Positions 8,408 through 15,446 of a stretch of 32,000 nucleotides of DNA are shown piece after piece. The notes below the pieces were generated by a model. That model was not told the DNA's origin. It was given only the letters and a program-made list of their open reading frames with translations, and ran no database searches. Source of the stretch: an uncultured Candidatus Saccharibacteria bacterium. GTDB lineage: Bacteria; Patescibacteriota; Minisyncoccia; UBA6257; UBA11618. Position numbers and translations under genes: made by a program. Positions within the stretch are counted from its first letter, which is position 1. Each line of letters begins with the position of its first letter. Location of the stretch: contig CAYSNH010000001.1 in assembly GCA_964432405.1 (NCBI GenBank), positions 60,001 through 92,000 of the forward strand, in the 5' to 3' direction.

Positions 8408-8430
8408 TTTTTAAGCAAGCGTGTTAATAT
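8402..8430 (+). promoter_or_regulatory. Candidate promoter of csrA-1 (TTGCAT-17-TAATAT)
   Basis: The hexamers are at 8402-8407 and 8425-8430. This predicts a leader of about 58 nt containing a GGAGU/ACUCC hairpin (8462-8479) and the AAGGAGGA SD (8483-8490). Confidence 0.35.
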
Positions 8431-8456
8431 ATTTTCAGTACTTAACACCCCGTCAA
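8429..8456 (-). promoter_or_regulatory. Candidate promoter for the 11-gene minus-strand operon (TTGACG-16-AAATAT, TG one base before the -10)
   Basis: The minus strand reads TTGACGgggtgttaagtacTGaAAATAT, ending about 20 nt upstream of ATG 8407. It sits back-to-back with the csrA-1 promoter and overlaps it. Confidence 0.3.
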
Positions 8457-8494
8457 AGAAAGGAGTGATTTTAAACTCCAAAAAGGAGGACGAG

Positions 8495-8752
8495 ATGCTT
8501 GTTTTGAGCCGAAAGACAGACGAGAAGATCATAATCGGTGACAGCATAACCATCATGGTCATCGAGGTAAGAGGCGATAAAGTTCGACTAGGGATCGACG
8601 CCCCCAAAGAGATCTCTGTGCATCGAGAAGAAGTTTATAATGCAATTAAGAAAGGAGAAAATCGGGGAAAGCCAACGGAACGAAAAAAGGGGAGACCGAC
8701 AGAACAATTAGGAGGGATAAATACTCACGCCCCCTCCCCTCATCCCATCTGA
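8495..8752 (+). CDS. csrA: Carbon storage regulator CsrA paralog 1 with a 30-plus residue basic/Pro-rich C-terminal extension (85 aa)
   Basis: [47 protein letters not shown] is the canonical CsrA core. A strong SD AAGGAGGA lies 5 nt upstream of ATG 8495. The 135-aa track ORF from 8345 is an unsupported upstream extension that overlaps the SpoU gene. Confidence 0.85.
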   Translation: MLVLSRKTDEKIIIGDSITIMVIEVRGDKVRLGIDAPKEISVHREEVYNAIKKGENRGKPTERKKGRPTEQLGGINTHAPSPHPI

Positions 8753-8775
8753 GGAGTTACTGTCTTAAAAAAAGC

Positions 8776-8807
8776 GAGGGGGGGTATCTATTACCCCTCT
8801 TTTTTTT
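8776..8807 (+). terminator. Rho-independent terminator after csrA-1
   Basis: GAGGGG(ggtatctatta)CCCCTC stem followed by a T8 run (8800-8807). Confidence 0.6.
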
Positions 8808-8834
8808 GACAAATTTTATTATTTCAAGTATTTT
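8806..8834 (+). promoter_or_regulatory. Candidate promoter of csrA-2 (TTGACA-17-TATTTT)
   Basis: A consensus -35 at 8806-8811 lies directly after the csrA-1 terminator. The -10-like TATTTT is at 8829-8834. Confidence 0.4.
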
Positions 8835-8885
8835 ATAACTAGCTCTCCCCAACGTTTCTTTCGCTTAACAAAATAGGAGTTTGTT

Positions 8886-9074
8886 ATGTTAGTATTATCA
8901 CGGAAGCAAGAAGAGAAGATCGTGATCGGTGATGGCAGCATAACCATCACAGTCATCAAAATACAAGGTGACAAGGTTCAACTTGGGATCAAAGCCCCAA
9001 AAGAAGTATCTATTCACCGTAAAGAAATTCTTGATGAAGTTAATCGAGAAACAAATGAGATTCACAAAAAGTGA
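8886..9074 (+). CDS. csrA: Carbon storage regulator CsrA paralog 2 (62 aa, canonical length)
   Basis: MLVLSRKQEEKIVIGDGSITITVIKIQGDKVQLGIKAPKEVSIHRKEI. The SD TAGGAG lies 6 nt upstream. Confidence 0.9.
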   Translation: MLVLSRKQEEKIVIGDGSITITVIKIQGDKVQLGIKAPKEVSIHRKEILDEVNRETNEIHKK

Positions 9075-9081
9075 TTCCATG

Positions 9082-9107
9082 GGCGACCAATTGGTCGCCT
9101 TTTTTTA
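9082..9107 (+). terminator. Rho-independent terminator after csrA-2, shared with the convergent 1050-aa gene
   Basis: Perfect palindrome GGCGACCAA/TTGGTCGCC (9082-9099) followed by T7. The T-run overlaps the TAA (9107-9105) of the convergent gene. Confidence 0.7.
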
Positions 9108-12100
9108 TTCCAATAAACCAATTTTCATAAACCAATCAGATCCTTCGATGTAAGGAATGACAAAAGAGCAATATGCTGGGTCATGATCAACACAGCTGCC
9201 GCTATGACCTAAACCGAATTCTCCTGACGCATAAGTATCTCCTGAGGCAATAGCATTCTTAATAGAGCTTTTGTAATAAGCTCTACTATCAGAATACTGA
9301 CTATCTAATACTAGCCAGTAGTGATTGTCTTTTTCAAAAACTATTGGCTGATCAAATATAAAAGTTAAATCATATTCATCATCTGAAACATTAATATTAG
9401 GTATGGTTCTCGAGCCTAATAATTGGCTAAAGTCAGGCCCTCCATCTAGATCAGAAAATATCTGAAGACGCACGCCCCCACCATATGTACCGCTCTGAAT
9501 TAATTTAACACTCACCAAGTTTATCGATTGAGTTTCCGCTAACTTAATGCTTTGTAGACTGGCTTTAATTGGGCAGCTAGGACAATTTTGATTCTTATTA
9601 CCCACCTGATAACTCCAATCACCAACCTCCTCTTGATCAATAACCAATGTAACTGGCGGATAATGCCATTCTACCGATTTAGAAGCTGATATAATTCCAA
9701 ACTCATCCACAGCTCCAACCTCTATAACCAGACTATCTCCTGGCTTAACCCGTTTTTCATAAGTCACTCCACTTGTTGTTATCACCTCCTCCTGACCTGC
9801 ATTCAAATCATTTATTTTTATCTCATAAGTTAATAAGCTATCACGAGTATCACTATCACGAGCCTCTGGCCAACTAGCTAACAAGGTAGACTCTACTTCA
9901 TTAAACTCCACCACCACATCACCATCCATTAATGGAGCGGCAAAACTAGGTACGCCAGTTTCTCTATAACGTTTAGTCGTATTAACTCCTTGCAACTTAA
10001 AATTCTGACTACCTCCCCCACTACTAACAAAGTCGTAATAGGCTAGAGTAAGATAATCAACCGCCTCATCAGTCTTTATTCTAATGCGACTATCTTCTAG
10101 GTAATCTAAATTGTACGCGACATTCACAATCCCTCCAGTATTACCAAATCCCTCACTAACATCAGGAAGAATTAAAGACTGTCGAGTCGATTCACCAGCG
10201 TAATTAGGGAACTTAATAGTCAAAAGATTGCTGGTATCTGTGGGAGTCCAATAGCTACTTGTATTTACCACCTCATCAGCTGTCGGATTACCATCCTTAT
10301 AAAAAGCAATTATCTTCCACCTATCAATGGTTTCTGGAATAAATGGATACTCGTTAAAAGTCATATCTATTAAATAAGTCGTTTCATCTCTAGGATCTTT
10401 GAAATAAGTTAAAGATTCTAACCAATCAGCCTCAGGCGCTAAAATAACCTCGGTTGTTTGAGGGTTAGGAGATTTTTGAACAAGAAAGTCATTTTTTGAC
10501 AGCCCGCTATCACAAGCATCGCCAGCCAAACTGCCAACACCTTGGCTACCTGAGCAAATATTATTTTCCCAGACTACTCTTTCCAAACTATTCCCATCTA
10601 CAAAACCTTGAAAATCCTCTTTCTTATAATCAACCAAGTCAATAATATTAGGATCATTACTACCAATAACCGATTCTTGATTGTCCACTAAGTAGATAGA
10701 TTCTTCAGCATTTTTTAAACTACCGCTCTTCCAAGTCATATTAGCCATCTCACTATCTCCTAACCAAATCAAGAAAAATCCTTTTGAAGCGATCATATTC
10801 TCATTTTCAAAATTCTTTTTCTTGGAACTAGTCTGAATAGACCACTCGGAAAGATCCACTACGTTATCTGTAGGATTAAATAACTCGATAAACTCCAATC
10901 CCTTATCACTTCCTTCTGCATCAAACAAAAACTCACTAATCACTACATTATTAGCCTTAGGACCACTAAAGTCTGCCTTAACATAAACCGGCACGCTACC
11001 AGAAATACTGCTACGATCAACAACTGGCGCATTATCAACCACCTCCTCATCTTCAGGCAAAGATTCAGCCTCATCTTGAGGCTTTTCTTTTTCTTCTATT
11101 TTCTCATCTTCAAATTCTTCAATAACCACGCCACCTACACCACCTAATCTATTCTGTAAGCTTATCAAGGCCAAGCGAGCATTCTCTAACGTCTTCATCG
11201 CCTCTTCTATCACCTCATCATCAGAGAAATCTGCTGAATCATTATCCGGCTCTTTCTTTGGCAAAACATCACCTACATCATCTACAACATCCACAACATC
11301 TCTCTTATTATCATCAACCACCTCTTCTTGAGTTGTCTCTAACTTTTCACCAATAGTATTTAAAAATAAATGGATGGCACCAGCTCCATAACGCACAGCT
11401 TTAGGAGATAGTCTTTGCCAATAATCATGAAGAACAATTGGCGTATCAATAGTTATATCAAGTTTGTTAGCGAATAATAAACTTGGTCCTGATTTACGAT
11501 AAAGAAAATAATCTCCCTGCTCATCTCTCCTTACCCCATAATAATGACCTTGATAAAACCTTAAATAATCAGCCTGAGGAGCATCATATTCAGCCAAACC
11601 GATAGTGTCTTTGCTATAAAAATTATTATTTGAATAATTAGCTAACTCATTAAAATAATCTGCCAACCTATCAAGCTCGATCAATTTCTTGCCTTTCCAA
11701 TCAATGGTTTTTTGTTCAGCAGCAAATTTTTCATAAGAATCACCCTCAACATGAGGATCGTTACGTGTATGAGCTGGTACTGAAACGTCTTGTATTAAAT
11801 GAAGAATATGCCCTAAAGACTTCATGGCCTTCTCCTTTTCTCCTTCATTGTATTGATTAAAAGCCTGCTGCCAGGTGTAGTTTGTTTTAGGAATAGATAA
11901 TCGAGGAAGATTTGCGAAAAAAGTTGGTATTTTTAAAGCAATCTGCTTTTGTTCATCCTCTGCCCACTTTTTAGAAGACAACCACTGCTCATTTTTAAAT
12001 GTTAAGCCTCTATCATTAACCGGATCATAAAAATGAAAAAGATGTCGAGGAATCTCATCTTCTTCCTCAGAACCAATGATCAAGGCCTCTTTTAATTTAT

Positions 12101-12257
12101 TTTCTATTTTATGCTCAGGAAAGCTTTGATTAAATAAATCTATGGAAGCTTCGGTCAATTGTTTGTGCGTTCTGGTTTCGTAAGCTAGAGCGTTAGGAGA
12201 CAGCCAACTAAAAACCCCCATAACAACTAAAAATAATATAAATTTATTGACCTTCAT
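9105..12257 (-). CDS. Secreted multidomain protein: zinc-dependent phospholipase C / S1-P1 nuclease-like domain, acidic linker, lamin-tail domain (LTD), and beta-rich C-terminal modules
   Basis: Signal peptide MKVNKFILFLVVMGVFSWLSPNALA. The mature N-terminus YETRTHKQLTEASIDLF and the motif LGHILHLIQDVSVPAHTRND fit the H..D...P.H zinc site of the PLC/P1 nuclease fold. A D/E/V-rich linker follows. NVVISEFLFDAEGSDKGLEFIELFNPTDNVVDLSEWSIQ is a clear LTD signature. An FN3-like segment (LLASWPEARDSD..LTYEIKIN) and a Cys-containing C-terminal domain come after it. Confidence 0.8.
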   Translation of the reverse strand: MKVNKFILFLVVMGVFSWLSPNALAYETRTHKQLTEASIDLFNQSFPEHKIENKLKEALIIGSEEEDEIPRHLFHFYDPVNDRGLTFKNEQWLSSKKWAEDEQKQIALKIPTFFANLPRLSIPKTNYTWQQAFNQYNEGEKEKAMKSLGHILHLIQDVSVPAHTRNDPHVEGDSYEKFAAEQKTIDWKGKKLIELDRLADYFNELANYSNNNFYSKDTIGLAEYDAPQADYLRFYQGHYYGVRRDEQGDYFLYRKSGPSLLFANKLDITIDTPIVLHDYWQRLSPKAVRYGAGAIHLFLNTIGEKLETTQEEVVDDNKRDVVDVVDDVGDVLPKKEPDNDSADFSDDEVIEEAMKTLENARLALISLQNRLGGVGGVVIEEFEDEKIEEKEKPQDEAESLPEDEEVVDNAPVVDRSSISGSVPVYVKADFSGPKANNVVISEFLFDAEGSDKGLEFIELFNPTDNVVDLSEWSIQTSSKKKNFENENMIASKGFFLIWLGDSEMANMTWKSGSLKNAEESIYLVDNQESVIGSNDPNIIDLVDYKKEDFQGFVDGNSLERVVWENNICSGSQGVGSLAGDACDSGLSKNDFLVQKSPNPQTTEVILAPEADWLESLTYFKDPRDETTYLIDMTFNEYPFIPETIDRWKIIAFYKDGNPTADEVVNTSSYWTPTDTSNLLTIKFPNYAGESTRQSLILPDVSEGFGNTGGIVNVAYNLDYLEDSRIRIKTDEAVDYLTLAYYDFVSSGGGSQNFKLQGVNTTKRYRETGVPSFAAPLMDGDVVVEFNEVESTLLASWPEARDSDTRDSLLTYEIKINDLNAGQEEVITTSGVTYEKRVKPGDSLVIEVGAVDEFGIISASKSVEWHYPPVTLVIDQEEVGDWSYQVGNKNQNCPSCPIKASLQSIKLAETQSINLVSVKLIQSGTYGGGVRLQIFSDLDGGPDFSQLLGSRTIPNINVSDDEYDLTFIFDQPIVFEKDNHYWLVLDSQYSDSRAYYKSSIKNAIASGDTYASGEFGLGHSGSCVDHDPAYCSFVIPYIEGSDWFMKIGLLE

Positions 12258-12258
12258 T

Positions 12259-12708
12259 TTATAAATTCTCTATCTTCCAGACTCCAGAAGAAGAATTTTT
12301 TTCTAAATTAATTACTGTTTCTATATTTTCTTTATCATTAGGTATAAAAAACTTAAAATCGCCCTTGTGAGAGATGTCTTTTGTATAAGGTTGAGCTTGC
12401 TCCAATTTATTAATCAAATCATCTAGACCTCCTTTTTCTTGAAGTTTTTCCAATAAGCTAAGCCACTCATCTCTATTACCATCATCACTCAATACAAAAT
12501 ACTTACTAGCCAACTCAAGATCTTCATTTCTAAGAGCTTCGACTAACATCTGCAACGTTTCTGCAGGAGTCTGACCACCATAAGTGTCAGATTTTAATTG
12601 ATTTCTTAGCACCAACTCTCCTCCATCACTGTACTTATTACTCGCAACAATAGTTACTACCAAAAAAATAACTATTAACGCCGCAACAGTCCAAACTATT
12701 TTCTTCAT
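12259..12708 (-). CDS. Membrane-anchored 149-aa hypothetical protein, translationally coupled to the 1050-aa secreted protein
   Basis: N-terminal TM anchor (VWTVAALIVIFLVVTIVA) followed by a soluble, acidic, roughly 120-aa domain. Its TAA lies 1 nt before the downstream ATG. Confidence 0.65.
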   Translation of the reverse strand: MKKIVWTVAALIVIFLVVTIVASNKYSDGGELVLRNQLKSDTYGGQTPAETLQMLVEALRNEDLELASKYFVLSDDGNRDEWLSLLEKLQEKGGLDDLINKLEQAQPYTKDISHKGDFKFFIPNDKENIETVINLEKNSSSGVWKIENL

Positions 12709-12809
12709 ACCTTAACTAATATCACATCTCTTCTAGTCAATCCATACCACTCCCTCTCCCCAATTCTTACCAAAAAAACAAAGAAAATATTTTTTCAATC
12801 AACTCTGAC

Positions 12810-12837
12810 TTGAAATCATCTTTGAAATAGATATAAT
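12810..12837 (+). promoter_or_regulatory. Candidate promoter (TTGAAA-16-TATAAT) for the 190-aa regulator gene
   Basis: The hexamers are at 12810-12815 and 12832-12837. The ATG at 12852 implies a leader of only about 8 nt with no SD. A direct repeat TTGAAAT..TTGAAAT (12810-12816 and 12822-12828) overlaps the -35 and the spacer. Confidence 0.4.
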
Positions 12838-12851
12838 AAGCGAGCATTTAT

Positions 12852-13424
12852 ATGTCTACTATTTGGCACAAAGAAACCTTAACACGGGATACCATGATGA
12901 GATTGGCTGATAAACCAGCTATTATTCCCGCTGCCGATTCATCTCCTTATTTTCTTCATCGCATTGCTAAGCAATATTTTAAAGATCGGGCTGTAAAGAT
13001 GCTTCGTTCTAGAGCTAAAAAGATAAGAGAGTTAGAGGGTAAGCGCTTTGTTCGATTAAAGAAAATGCCTGACAATACTCTTCAACTCGACCTTACAGCC
13101 ACCGGCCGATCAATGGTTAAAAAAATGGCTCTCCAAGAAGCTTTAGAAAAAGTCCGCTTTTCTAAAACATGGAACAAGTCCTGGTATCTTATCATTCACG
13201 ACATTCCAACCAATAACAAAACTGCTCAAAACAACTTTAAAAAAATTATAAAAAACTGGGATACTTACCCTCTCCAAAGAGGAGTTTATGTTTTGCCATA
13301 CAATTGCCGCTTAGCCTTAGAAAAAGTATGTCACTTATTAGAAATAGATTCAGATCGTATTCTTTGTTTAGAATCAAAGAAAATTCCTAACGAAAAAACT
13401 ATTAGAAAATATTTTAAAATATAA
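12852..13424 (+). CDS. Putative DNA-binding protein with a Cas2-like/PaaX-C-like ferredoxin-fold segment
   Basis: WYLIIHDIPTNNKTAQNNFKKIIKNWDTYPLQRGVYVLPYNC resembles the beta-alpha-beta core (hydrophobic strand-DIP...R...L...G...Q.SV) seen in Cas2 and PaaX-type proteins. The N-terminal half is basic. The call rests on pattern memory only. Confidence 0.45.
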   Translation: MSTIWHKETLTRDTMMRLADKPAIIPAADSSPYFLHRIAKQYFKDRAVKMLRSRAKKIRELEGKRFVRLKKMPDNTLQLDLTATGRSMVKKMALQEALEKVRFSKTWNKSWYLIIHDIPTNNKTAQNNFKKIIKNWDTYPLQRGVYVLPYNCRLALEKVCHLLEIDSDRILCLESKKIPNEKTIRKYFKI

Positions 13425-13446
13425 AAAACCCCGGCCTAAACCGGGG
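13423..13446 (-). terminator. Rho-independent terminator after trxB, in the convergent gap
   Basis: The minus-strand RNA reads CCCCGG-UUUAGG-CCGGGG followed by U6. It also sits directly after the plus-strand 190-aa gene. Confidence 0.6.
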
Positions 13447-13462
13447 GGTAAACTGATAAAAG

Positions 13463-14389
13463 TCAAGCGTTATTTTTATGCAAATAATCAAAGATGTTAA
13501 GAACCGCTTTAATAGCATCTCCTACCGAAACATTATTCTGCTTATATAAAACATCAGAAACATCCCCTGCTGCCCAAACACCTTTTTGAGAGGATTGCTG
13601 GGTCTTATGATCAACAATAATTTCATTCCAGTCATCAAGATCAACTAAGTCTTTTATAAAATCAACATTGGGCACCGAGCCGATTTCAACAAAAACACCT
13701 TGAAGCTCTAAAGCCTCCTCTTTCCCAGTCTTAGCATCTTTATAGCGAAGACCAGAAACAAACTTATCTCCTAAAATCTCTTGGGTAAGCGCGTTATAAA
13801 TAATAGTTAGTTTTTTTAAACTCTTAATTTTTTCCTGAGTAACAGCATCTCCTTTCAACTCGTCTCTTCTTTGTAATAAATAAAGTTTGCTGGCGTAAGC
13901 ATCTAGTGTTAAAGCTGCTTCTAAGCCTGCATTACCTCCGCCAATAATAGCTACCACCTTATCTTTAAACATTGGGGCATCACAAGTAGCACACCAAGCC
14001 AAACCCTTGCCATCCAACTCATCTTCTCCTGGAACACCTAAGCGCCGTCTTCGACTACCAGAACAAATCAGAATAGTTCTAGCTTCTACCTTTTTACCTT
14101 TCTTGGTAGATATAGAAAATCCTTTTCCTTTTTTAGCGACCTTAGCTACCAAATCTCCCTTCCAAATATCAATGTCATCTTTATAATTATTCAAATGATC
14201 TTCTAGCATTTTAGCTAATTCTAAACCGGTTAAAGATTTATTACCTATCCAGTTACTAATGTCAGGAGAGAACATTGATTGACCACCAAAATCCTCGGTT
14301 ATTAAAAGAGTTTTTATTTTTTTTCGCGCAGCATAAACTCCGGCTCCGACACCGGCTGGACCACCTCCTATAATAACTAAATCGTACAT
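13463..14389 (-). CDS. trxB: Thioredoxin-disulfide reductase
   Basis: YDLVIIGGGPAGVGAGVYAAR FAD motif, redox-active CATCDAP, GGGNAGLEAA NADPH motif and WAAGDV; 308 aa. Confidence 0.92.
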   Translation of the reverse strand: MYDLVIIGGGPAGVGAGVYAARKKIKTLLITEDFGGQSMFSPDISNWIGNKSLTGLELAKMLEDHLNNYKDDIDIWKGDLVAKVAKKGKGFSISTKKGKKVEARTILICSGSRRRRLGVPGEDELDGKGLAWCATCDAPMFKDKVVAIIGGGNAGLEAALTLDAYASKLYLLQRRDELKGDAVTQEKIKSLKKLTIIYNALTQEILGDKFVSGLRYKDAKTGKEEALELQGVFVEIGSVPNVDFIKDLVDLDDWNEIIVDHKTQQSSQKGVWAAGDVSDVLYKQNNVSVGDAIKAVLNIFDYLHKNNA

Positions 14390-14391
14390 AA

Positions 14392-14625
14392 TTATATCCC
14401 TAAAGCATTAGATAGAGCATCCCTATCAAAACCAACAAAAATCTCTTCCCCAATCTCAATGACCGGCACTCCCATTTGATGAGACTTATCAACCATCTCT
14501 TCTCGCGCCTTATCATCCTGAGAAACATCCTTCTCGGTGTAGTCTACTTTATTTTCTTTAAAGAATTCCTTAGCCATCTTGCAATAGACACAAGTTGGAG
14601 TGGAATAAATAATAACTTTTTTCAT
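14392..14625 (-). CDS. Glutaredoxin-like protein (NrdH/YruB type)
   Basis: 77 aa, with IIYSTPTCVYCKMAKEFF (CxxC) and GVPVI..G..I.GFD. Its stop lies 2 nt before the trxB start. Confidence 0.85.
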   Translation of the reverse strand: MKKVIIYSTPTCVYCKMAKEFFKENKVDYTEKDVSQDDKAREEMVDKSHQMGVPVIEIGEEIFVGFDRDALSNALGI

Positions 14626-14686
14626 ATGCAGATAAATTTAATTAGTGAACCTTTGTTTAAGTATTATACAACAACCTGTTGATAAA

Positions 14687-14712
14687 TAAAAAAAATACCC
14701 GCTAAGCGGGTA
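14687..14712 (-). terminator. Rho-independent terminator after the DsbA-like gene; bidirectional in appearance
   Basis: TACCCGC-TAA-GCGGGTA hairpin (14696-14712) flanked by an A9 run and a T6 run. It starts 5 nt after the stop codon. Confidence 0.75.
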
Positions 14713-14717
14713 CTTTT

Positions 14718-15425
14718 TTATTTATTCAATTCTTCTTCGATAGCAGCTTTGAAAACTTCATAGGGTTGAGCACCCTGAATCAATTGACCTCCCACGATAA
14801 GACTTGGTGTAGAGACCTGGCCACCTAAGGCTGCTTCAGCAATCTTCCGACCGCTCTCAAGTTTGTCGGCATGCTTTTTAGAATCAAGACAGCTATTGAA
14901 AGTAACTGTGTTCAAGCCTAAGTCTTTAGCAAACTTTTTAAGATTGTCATTGCTAAAAATACCATCTTTTTTTCCACCGCCTTCAACAACGTCCCAAAGA
15001 ACATCAAAAAGCCTGTCGTGATAACCCCAGAACTTACCTTGATCACCAGCACAGTGAGTAGCTAAGGCTGCTTGAGATGACCCTTCTCCTAAAAAGGAAA
15101 GATCAACCATTACCATATTAACCTTACCAGCCTTGATATACTCCTCTCTTATCTTCTGGCCAGCCTCTTTATGAAACTTAGCGCAGTAAGGGCACTGATA
15201 ATCAGCAAACTCTACAATCTGCACAGGAGCTTTAGCATCACCTAGGATAACTCGTCCTTTAGCAACGTCCTTTAAAGCTTCGGCTAGATCAACAACTGAA
15301 GGATTATCTTGATCAGAATCGACTGTTTTACTTGTACCAACACTATAAACTAACGCCCCAGCGATCAAAACGGCCGCAATCAATATACTCGCTGGCAATA
15401 CATAAGACCTTTGACTATTTTCCAT
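14718..15425 (-). CDS. Membrane-anchored DsbA-family thiol:disulfide oxidoreductase
   Basis: N-terminal TM anchor (LPASILIAAVLIAGALVY), then EFADYQCPYCAKFH (CPYC active site) and STPSLIVGG (cis-Pro loop region). Confidence 0.85.
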   Translation of the reverse strand: MENSQRSYVLPASILIAAVLIAGALVYSVGTSKTVDSDQDNPSVVDLAEALKDVAKGRVILGDAKAPVQIVEFADYQCPYCAKFHKEAGQKIREEYIKAGKVNMVMVDLSFLGEGSSQAALATHCAGDQGKFWGYHDRLFDVLWDVVEGGGKKDGIFSNDNLKKFAKDLGLNTVTFNSCLDSKKHADKLESGRKIAEAALGGQVSTPSLIVGGQLIQGAQPYEVFKAAIEEELNK

Positions 15426-15446
15426 ATTTTAGTAGGATACTAGTGC

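Noticed and set aside
8345-8494. Upstream 50-codon extension of csrA-1 (135-aa track ORF starting at 8345)
   Set aside because: The extension overlaps the SpoU gene start and the divergent promoter region. It has no CsrA homology. It also ignores the strong AAGGAGGA SD placed 5 nt before the internal ATG at 8495, which yields a canonical MLVLSRK CsrA N-terminus.
8377-9153. ORFs 8377..8607 (-), 8898..9080 (-) and 8968..9153 (+)
   Set aside because: They are antisense or off-frame shadows of the two csrA genes and their terminator region.
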